A stretch of 64,000 nt of DNA from NCBI GenBank assembly GCA_951406725.2, contig OX597827.1:43400001-43464000 (forward strand). The letters run 5' to 3'. The notes beneath the pieces were generated by a model. That model was not told where the DNA came from, ran no database searches, and saw nothing but the letters and a program-made list of their open reading frames with translations. Below are positions 54,265-64,000 of the stretch, piece after piece. The DNA is from Octopus vulgaris (lineage: Eukaryota). A program made the position numbers and the translations under genes. Numbering within the stretch: the stretch's first letter is position 1; each line of letters begins with the position of its first letter.

Positions 54265-54380
54265 GGCACCGCACACATCCTACGTAAAACACTTTCAATA
54301 CAGTGAAAATAAGAGCACCACAACAAACCACAGCACATGCCCAAGGCACACAGAGCTGCGCTACCGTAGTGCAGTGAAAT
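54265..54380 (+). mobile_element. Short R4/Dong 3' end
   Basis: GTAHILRKTLS and the same 3' UTR as 15260-15345. Confidence 0.75.
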
Positions 54381-54490
54381 ACTTAATTTAAAGACAACTT
54401 TAAATTACTCCATGCATATGTTTGTGTATGCTGGTGCCAATGGAGAGATCATAACCATTTTCCTCCATCAACAGATAAATTTATAACCGA

Positions 54491-54894
54491 CTAGCAGTAT
54501 CACCCGGCGTTGCTCGGGTTTGTAAGGGAAATAACTATATAAGCATTTTTAGAGAGTTATAGCCAAAAAATAGCAAGAAAATGCATTAAAAATGGAAAAA
54601 AAATTATGGTAAATTTTTTTTTAAAATCGTTGACTCATCGTAGACATTTTTAGAGAGTTACTTCCCTTATGTAATAGCGAAAAAAATGCATTAAAATGGA
54701 AAGAAATGATGATAAATTTTTTTTTAAATCGTAGACTCATCGTAGACGCGCGCTAATACCCAGAAGGGCTCGATATGAATCACGACTATAAGATACCCGG
54801 TTTTGGTTAAACTGCACCGCAAAATGTGGGAGGAGTTAGGAATCTAAATCGAAGGGGACAGACACTCACACAACTAGAGTTTTATATATATAGA
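54491..54894 (-). mobile_element. Non-autonomous Helitron (copy 3)
   Basis: A|TC ... hairpin CTAG|T on the minus strand, with an internal duplication as in copy 2. Confidence 0.88.
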
Positions 54895-55130
54895 TATGTA
54901 TATTAGCCGCTCTTAGACGCTCCAGACGCTGCGCTGAATAAGCCCTCCATGATATTATCAATTAATATTTTATTGCGTTGCTTAAGACTTGTATTTTTCT
55001 TGTGTATTTATGGTTACTAATAATAAATATCTCAGATTTTGAAATTATATTAAGTTAGATTTCGTACAGTATAATTGAACATTTGGAAGGTTATGAGTAA
55101 CACATACTCGTAGCTTTTATACGAAATGTG

Positions 55131-55198
<68 letters not shown>

Positions 55199-55837
55199 TA
55201 TATAAATACATATATATATATTGCCATATAATAATCATTTCTCCCTACGTTGGAGGGGGCGGAAATGAGGATAAACAGGAAGTGGCACAGCGGGTCGACA
55301 TATTGTGGAACTTACATCATCATCATCATCATCATCACCATCACCACCACCAACACAAACATCACCACCACCACCAGTTGCATTGTCATCATCATCATTA
55401 TCATCGTCGTCATCGTCATCATCATAATCATCCTCATCACCACCACCACCACCACCAGTTGCATCGTCATCATCATCATCATCATCGTCATCATCATCAT
55501 CATCATCAACATCATCATCATCATCACCAGTACGATCATTATCATCATCATCATCATCATAGGCATAATCATTATGCTCATATTCGTCGCCATCGACATC
55601 ATCATCACCAGCACGATAATCATGATCATTTATACAAGTCGCGTCTACTCAACCGGTGAATATGTTTCGACAGAGGGAAGAGTGCAGGTGGGGAAGGGGC
55701 AAGAAAGAGCAGTAGTGGTGGGTATTGTTGGAACCGATTTCCTGGCAATAATGACTATAATTTTTCTCCAGCTTCCTTCTTGCCTTCATCTCTCCCTCTC
55801 TCTTTATCTCCCCCCTCTCCCTCTATCTAGCTATTTA

Positions 55838-55890
<53 letters not shown>

Positions 55891-56121
55891 CTGTCTGTCA
55901 GTCTGTCTGTCAGTCTGTATGTCTGTCTGTCAGACTGTCTGTCTGTCTGTCTATCTATCTATCTCTTTCTATCTATCTGTTTCCCCCTCTCTCATTCTCT
56001 TTCTCTCTCTCTATCTGTTTATCTATCTGTCTATCAATCAATCAATCAATCTCTCTTCTCTCTCTCTCTATTTATCTATCTATCTGTCTGTCTATCTATC
56101 TTTCTATCTATCTATCTATCA

Positions 56122-56213
<92 letters not shown>

Positions 56214-56343
56214 GTCTGTCTGTCTGCTCCTATCTCTCTTGACCCTTCTTTCTTTTCTCCCCCAACCGTCTCCAGACCTTACCTTAACTTTCAAAGTAAG
56301 ATCTCTTTGAATATTTCATTTTTCTTTACTATTCTCTCGTCCT

Positions 56344-56381
<38 letters not shown>

Positions 56382-57014
56382 GCTCGTTCTTCCCTCTCTC
56401 TCTCTTTCTTGCTTTCGTTCTCTTTTCCTCCCTCTCACTCTTTATTTCTCTCCTACCCCCTCTCTATTTATCCATCTACTTCTCACTTCCTACCTCTCTC
56501 TATTCTTCTCTCTCCCTCTCCTTTCCTCTCTTTAAACCACCCTCTCTCTTTTTGTCTCTCTGTCTCCGGGCCTCAACATCGCATGATAGGTAAAATTTCA
56601 TTGAATATATACTTCCTTTCCTTTGCCATTCCTTCGTCCTCTCTCTCTCTCCAACCCTCTTTGTCTCTCTCTCTCCCCTCTTTGTCTCTCTCTCTCTCCC
56701 TCCCTCTCTCTTACTTTCTTGCCCTGTCTCTGTCTATTTCGCTCTCCCCTTTACCGATCTATACTGACGTCATGTCATCACATGATGTCAACGCCAGAGA
56801 GAGGCGCTGATAATCGTCTCAACGAACCACGGACAATTTAATGGAATATAATCACCATTAACCTAGTGTTGTGCCAAACTTTAATACCAACGCGATATTC
56901 ACGAAAGAATCCATTAGAAAGATTTCACACGAAACTGAGATAAACGTTTAAACTTATACTTATTAATATGATTACAAAGGGGGGAAAAATTACATACTCA
57001 GTGTAGCACAGAGT

Positions 57015-57445
57015 AAGGTGGTGGTGGTGGCGGCGATGGCGGCGGCGGTGGTGGTGGTGGTGCTGCTGCTGGTTGTTGTGGTGGGGGTGATGGTTGTGGT
57101 AGTGGTGGTTGTAGTGGTAGTTGTGGCTGTGGTGTTTGTGGTGATGGTTGTAGTGGTAGTGGTGGTTGTGGTGGTTGTGGTGATGGTAGTATGGTAGTGG
57201 TGTTTGTGGTGGTTGTGGTGATGGTAATAGTGGTATTGATGGTAGTGGTGCTGATGGTGGTGGTAGTAGTAGGTGGTGTTGGTGGTTGTGGTGGTGGTGG
57301 TGGTGGTTGTGATGGTTGTGATGGTTGTGGCGGTGGTTGTAGTGGTGGTGGTTGTGATGGTTGTGATGGTTGTGATGGTTGTGGCGGTGGTTGTGGTTAT
57401 AGTGGTTGTAGTGGTGGTGGTGGTCGTGGTGGTCGTGACGGCAGC
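57015..57445. repeat. (GGT/TGT)n low-complexity tract
   Basis: Direct reading. Confidence 0.92.
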
Positions 57446-57463
57446 TGTGGGGAAATATCAATA

Positions 57464-57507
<44 letters not shown>

Positions 57508-57924
57508 TGTGTGTGTGTGTGTATGTGTGTGTGTGTGTGTGTCTATGTTATGCCTGTGCTGTGTGAGTAGTAAGGAAGGTATGGCCGAACGCTTAAGGAA
57601 ACCGCCTCGCAACCAAGAAGCCCAGGATCAATTCTATTGTATGTTATTTTGACTATCTTGGCTATCCTGAGCAAGTGTATTTTCGACCCGTGTCTGTATT
57701 GCATGATGGCCAAACTGGCAATGACCGCTATAAAGCTCTCTCGCGTATAAATGATGAAGTACAGGAGAGATACGTAGGCAAAAAATGGAGATCATCGCAA
57801 GGCAGTGGAAAAGACAGAAGGCTTTAGATAAGTACAGAGTGTAGATGGAAGGAAACATTGAATGGAAGTGAAAACGCTAGGAAAATAAGGCTGAAAATAA
57901 ATGGAAAAAGTATTAAGGAATAGT

Positions 57925-58230
57925 GTGGAGGCGCAATGGCCTAGTGGTTAGGGTAGCGGATTCGCGGTTGTAGGATCGCGGATTCCCAGACCGGGCGTTG
58001 TGAGTGTTTATTGAGCGAAAACACCTAAAGCTTCACGAGGTTCCGGCAGTGGGTGGTGGCGATCCCTGCTGAACTCTTACGCCACAACTTTCTCTCACTC
58101 TTTCTTCTGTTGGCCTGCTCGCTTAGCCAGCGGAGTGGCGTCATTTGAAGGCCAAAACAATACAAAGCGCATTGTGACCAGCGATGTGCAGCAACATCTG
58201 ATAGCCTGGTCGGTCACGGGGATCACGGTG
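57925..58230 (+). mobile_element. SINE C short-tail variant with a 13-bp target-site duplication
   Basis: ATTAAGGAATAGT at 57912-57924 and 58231-58243. Confidence 0.92.
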
Positions 58231-58540
58231 ATTAAGGAATAGTATAGGAAGGAAAGAGCGGAAAATTATAGAAATATAAAATGCTCAATACGGTAATAAA
58301 ACTAAGAAATAAGATTGGAAATGATCGGGTTAAAATGAAGTATAAAACTGAAAGATAAAGTTAAGAATAAAACCAGAGAAAATCTGCTGAGAATGTGAAA
58401 TTGGGTAACCAGAAACGGTACGGAAGCCCGCCTGATGGATTGTATAATTAATTTGCAATCAATTAGTAGTCTTTAGCCTTATCTCTCTCTCACTTTCTCT
58501 CTCTCTCCCTCATACACACACACAACCACGCTCGCACTCA

Positions 58541-58626
<86 letters not shown>

Positions 58627-59476
58627 GGAGCAAAACGCCCCCCGTCCAATGGACGGTGCTGACTTGTCAAACATTTAAACCAAATTTTCTCAAAACAACT
58701 TGTCCGACCGTCCCGTAGGCCTCTCCTTTGAAAAACACTGATTTAACTTAAATTTGAGATACCAGCAAAAGAAGAAATAACGATATAATTTTTCTATTCC
58801 AAAGAAAAACGATTTTATTCATACAAATATGCAACCCAAGAGTTTAAAGTACCAGTAATGATAAGGCTGTTGACTGGGAGAACACAAACATGGTTTACAC
58901 AGTAAGCTTGGCAGGAAAGAAACGTGCCTTTAAGCAGTACAAAAACAACAAAAAATGGAAGGTGTAGTTATGTACAGGTTGACGGAAGAAAAGCAGGACA
59001 AAAACGGCTTTAGTGATCGCACTGTCACCTGGAATCAAGTTTCGCAATTTTTTCAAGATTTATACCCGTCCTGATACCGTCGGTATCTACATATCACATT
59101 TGAGCGCAATCGGATGGAGGATGCCCCAGATCCGTGAAGACACACACACAGACAGAACGGATTTTAGATAAGATATATATATATATATATATGGGAAAAT
59201 TAGATCTGCAATAGAATGCAAAAAAAGTCTTCCCCAGATGATCCACTGCGGTTAGGCATCTAATGTTGAGTTCCAAATACATGCAATGGAACTAATAATT
59301 TATACTGGTGTTTATCTTAATTTTCCACAACATATGCTCAGTATATCATAACTAGTTGGACTGTTAAGAACAATGGTAGATTAACCACTATACGGGAAGC
59401 TGACTCGATAATGATCATGTATGTGGAACCCTAACTCATATTACTGGGGTCGTACATCTAACTGTACATACAAGAT

Positions 59477-59535
<59 letters not shown>

Positions 59536-59565
59536 ATGTATATACATATATATACATACATACAC

Positions 59566-59616
<51 letters not shown>

Positions 59617-59769
59617 TGTATGTATATATGGAGCAAATAATTCACGAAAAAAATAATTTGTATTTTGGCGATTTAAATACGAGATTTGACTGTTATTTCC
59701 AGCAGGTAGACAAACTTAGTATGCCTTTTGATTAATTTATATATGAATGTATGTATGTATGTATATACG

Positions 59770-60202
59770 ATTGAAGGTCTAGCTCTGGGGGACGGGATCT
59801 CAATGCACAATAGCACATTTCCGGGGGTGACGCCCGTGGCAGACCTTCCAGATTGTTCATCGTCTTTCAGGCATGTTCTTCCGCTTTTGAAGCGGCCGTA
59901 CCACTCGAAACATTGTGTACGACCTCGTCATCGTAAGCTTGCTGAATCATTCTCAATGTCTCTGTAGCAGACTTCCCAAGTTAAACACAAAATTTCACAT
60001 TGACTCTTTCTTCCTGTCCACGACAAAATCGCAGACTACAACATACATGTGATCACAAAAACACAAACTTCACAGCTTGCCAAGTAAATACAGCGATATC
60101 ACTCGGCACACTGCCTCATGAAGGTCACTGCTAGCTCTCACTGCACACGCAACCGTGCGCCGCCATCAGTTTGGGCAGGAACTTTTTAATACCACCTCGT
60201 AT
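59770..60202 (-). mobile_element. Mariner transposon 5' fragment
   Basis: TIR-like TACGAGGTGGTATTAAAAAGTTCC; NVKFCV*LGKSATETLRMIQQAY..CFEWYGRFKSGR. Confidence 0.82.
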
Positions 60203-60541
60203 TAGTGATTTGATTATAGAGGAAAGAAATATGAAAAAAATACACGTATTCTAACCATTTGTCTGGTAACAAGTCAAATCTATGTGTGCAATTGACTGAT
60301 CGCATTGGGATGTATTTGGGAGAAGTTTTGTTAATATATAACTGTATTGCATGATGTTCAAAATGGCAGCCATCAGAACGCTGGTCTGTCACGTATAAAT
60401 AATGACGCACACGGGAGATAAGTGTGGGCGAAAAAAGAAATAGTGCAAGAGAGTGAAAACGAAAAATTTTTTAAGGATAGAACTTAATAGGAAGAAAATA
60501 TCTGAAGAATGTAAAAATGCTAGAAAAATAAGGCTGCACAA

Positions 60542-60572
<31 letters not shown>

Positions 60573-60575
60573 TAC

Positions 60576-60670
<95 letters not shown>

Positions 60671-61446
60671 CATGCATGCTGGAATGTATGTAAGTATGTA
60701 TGAGGGAATTGTATGGTAAGAAAAGAGCAGAATGTGGTAATGATAGGGAAATAAGATTACAGAGAATGAGGAAAAATTATAATATATAAAAAAAAATGTC
60801 ATAAAATAACAAAACACTGAAATAAGATTGGAAAAAGATAGGATTAAAATGGAGCACAAGACCAAAAGATAACGTTAAAAATACAAAATATAAAAAGCAA
60901 ATGTATGGAAGGACACAAGGGTAAGAAAGTGCATATCATTACGGTTTTAGTCATTATTACGTATCTAAAGAAAAAAAATTACGTTCAGGTTTTTTTTGTG
61001 CAAAACACGTAACAAATGTGGTGTTGGAAAGTGGGTTAAGAAATCATAAGTCATTTATTGTTGCAATGGTTAAGGTCTACTTATCTGTAATTGAATCATC
61101 GGGGAATTTTTTAAAATATGTTTTGGGTGTACAACATCCGAATCGAAAATCCTTTCTTAAAAACAGAGCATGAAGTCTTTTTAAATGAAGTCATTTTTTT
61201 AGCAAAAATCATCCGTGAAAATGGGTAAGGTCATACAGACTTTTATATTGCAAGGATATGAATGATTTTGGTCGATTTTTATAACATATAAAAGGCCACA
61301 TATTTTAGAATGATATTTCCTAGGTGGCATTCAAATAAATGCCCAATGCGCCGCAACACAGAACTGTCCGAACGTAAGATTAGAACGTGGCTGTTAGATT
61401 AAGTAGCTCGCTTTGTAACCACAAAAGCCCCTCATCTATCTATCTA

Positions 61447-61488
<42 letters not shown>

Positions 61489-62045
61489 TTTTTTGCGTAA
61501 TGAGATAAAAAACCAAGGCTGTACAGATATGCGAAAAGTTTGCTTGTCTCATTTTGGGATTGAAACGGGTTAAGAGGCCCTAGATGGGATCGGATTGGCT
61601 CCAAAATTTACAGGGACATGTAAAAAGAGGCGAGGAAGTGAGTGGACTAGGTTAGAAACCCATATCTCAAAAGGTTAGAAACCCCTATCTCTGTGGTTAC
61701 TAGGACAATAAAACCCACACTTTGACAAGTGTTTGTTGTGTCTCCCTTTCGCATATCACCCTGTCTTCCTCCATCTCTCTCTTTCCTTCTTTCTCTTCAC
61801 TCCACTCTATAACGTCGTTTGACAGCTTCGCCGTCTCTCTGTCACTCTTGTCCCACCACCTGTCTCACTGTACGTCTGTCAGTATCTATAGAGAGAAAAC
61901 GTTAACAGCTGCAAAAATTTAAATATTCTCGCCACAGGTCTTTTAGAACGGTGAATTATTATCACCCACCACCACCGCACAATCATAAAAGGTATTATTA
62001 ATCAGATATATTGCGTTAATTTATATATATGTGTGTATATATATA

Positions 62046-62120
<75 letters not shown>

Positions 62121-62757
62121 GTATATATAATGCGTATATATATATATATATATATATATATAATGTGTGCATATGAGGTCGGATTGTGCTGAAAATATGC
62201 ACACCTATGCTAAAAGTGTTAGCGAGTTTGCATGGCAACTTTGAGTTTGCTCAATTGAAATGCATGGCCAATAGGGCAAAATTCCCCATCTTTTAAAATG
62301 TCGCCCGCGTAGACCAGGATGAAATCGGGTTATAATACCAGAACAAATAAAACAACAAACTATTTTAATCCAGAGCAAGGCCGGGTATATATGTCTAATC
62401 TATAAAATGAAGAAGATGAACGTTGATACAAATTGAATTTTTATGTAAAAAGGGGTCTAAATGGGGCTGGAAGGGGATTAAAATTTACAGGAGGGGGTAA
62501 CTTGAGGTGAGAAATTGATTGAGAGACGTTTTAGAATACTACAGTGGTTGCTTTGGTGTGAAAACGGGAATTTTATTGATTTTGGGGGACATTTGGGGGT
62601 CGAGATTGGACACCTTTTGCCCGATTTCAATTAATTTTCCACATGGTAAAGTGGAAGCGGATTTGTAATTTAAGCGGGGATATCTAATTTTTTATAAATG
62701 GGAGAGAGATAGATGGAGAAAGATAGAGAGTAAGAAAAAGCTAGGGAGAGTCCAGAG

Positions 62758-63970
62758 GACCGCTAGGTTATTTTATCGAAATCCTTTGGAGAAGCGCTAT
62801 TGATATTTTATCTATCTCTTTTGGTGAACCCCTAAGTTATTTTATCGGTCTCCTTTGGCGAACCGCTAAGTTATGTTATCGAGCTCGTTTGGCGAACCGC
62901 TAAAGTTATTTTATCGATCTCCTTTGAGGAACCGCAAAGTAATTTTATCCTTCCTTTCGGCGAACCGCTAAGTTATTTTATCCTTCCTTTCGGCGAACCG
63001 CTAAGTTATTTTATCGATCTCCTTTGGCGAACCACTAAAGTTATTTTATCGATCACGTTTGGCGAACCGTTAGGTTATCTTATCGAACATATTTGGCGAA
63101 CCGCTAGGTTATTCTAGCGATCTCCTTGGCGAACAGTTAAGTTATTATATCGATCTTATTTGGCGAACCACTAGGTTATTTTATCGTTCATCTTTGGCGA
63201 ACTGCTAAGTAATTTTATCGGCCGTCTTTGGCGAACCGCTAAGTTATTTTATCCTACCCTTCGGCGAACCGCTAGAATATTTGATCGATCTCCTTTGGCG
63301 AATCGCTAGGTTATTTTATCGAATTCCTTCGGCGAACCGCTAAGTTATTTTATCGATCTCCTTTGGCGAACGGCTAAATTAATTTACCGAACCCCTTTGG
63401 CGAACAGCTAAGTTATTTTATCGATTTATTTTGGTGAACTGCTAGATTATTTTACCAATCGCCTTTGGCGAACCACTAAGTTATTTTATCGATCTCTTTT
63501 GGTGAACCGCTAAGTTATTTTATCGATCACTTTTGGTGAACCGCTATGTTATTTTATTGATCACGATTGGTGAACCGCTAAGTTAATTTATCGATATCCT
63601 TTGGCGAACCGCTAAGTAATTATATCGATCACGTTTGGCGACCCGCTAAATTATTTTATCGATATATTTTGGCGAACTGTTAAGTTATTTTATCAAACAC
63701 GCTTGGTGAACCGCTAAGTTATTTTATCGATCATGTTTGGCGAAGCGCTAAGTTATTTTTTAGATCTCCTTTCACGAACCGCTAAGTTATTTCATCGGTC
63801 ATGTTTGACTGGCGAACCGCTAAGTTATTTTATCGATCCGTTTGGCGAACCGCTAGGATATTTTACCGATCACATTTGGCGAACCGCTATCTTATTTTAT
63901 CGATCACGTTTGGTGAACTGCTAAGTTAATTTATCGTTATCCTTTGGTGAACCGCTAACTTATTTTATCG
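62758..63970. repeat. Satellite array, ~35 copies of a 34-bp unit (GGCGAACCGCTAAGTTATTTTATCGATCTCCTTT), derived from SINE A
   Basis: Direct periodicity. The unit aligns with TTATTCTATCGGTCTCTTTTGCCGAACCG(C/T)TA(A/G)G in SINE A at 23584-23616 and 40524-40557. Confidence 0.93.
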
Positions 63971-64000
63971 CATACGACTCCAGTGCTCAACTGGTACTTA

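Noticed and set aside
55240-55312. ETS-like (GGAAGTG) and GC-box motifs suggesting a promoter or enhancer
   Set aside because: Short motifs are expected by chance, and there is no associated gene or CpG island.
62758-63970. CRISPR-like appearance (conserved repeat plus variable spacer)
   Set aside because: The variable parts are only ~10 nt and are related to each other. There are no cas genes, the context is eukaryotic, and the unit derives from a SINE.

Overview
AT-rich, microsatellite-saturated eukaryotic DNA. The repeat families resemble those I recall from Octopus/cephalopod genomes, but this is an inference and not a database match. No host protein-coding exon could be supported, and almost every ORF in the track is a simple-repeat artefact. 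The window is a mosaic of: (i) truncated non-LTR retrotransposons (R4/Dong-type with CCHC knuckle and RLE endonuclease, RTE-type, Tx1/L1-type, CR1-like relics); (ii) three abundant tRNA-derived SINE families, called A, B and C here; (iii) decayed mariner transposons, a Tc1/mariner-type foldback MITE and non-autonomous Helitrons. Two signals stand out. The first is about a dozen minimal hammerhead-ribozyme-like motifs of the Penelope-associated type, from several unrelated families, including two back-to-back inverted pairs and a ~158-bp tandem repeat. The second is a ~1.2-kb, 34-bp-unit satellite at the right end that derives from an internal segment of SINE A. All coordinates were read by eye and may be off by a few bases.
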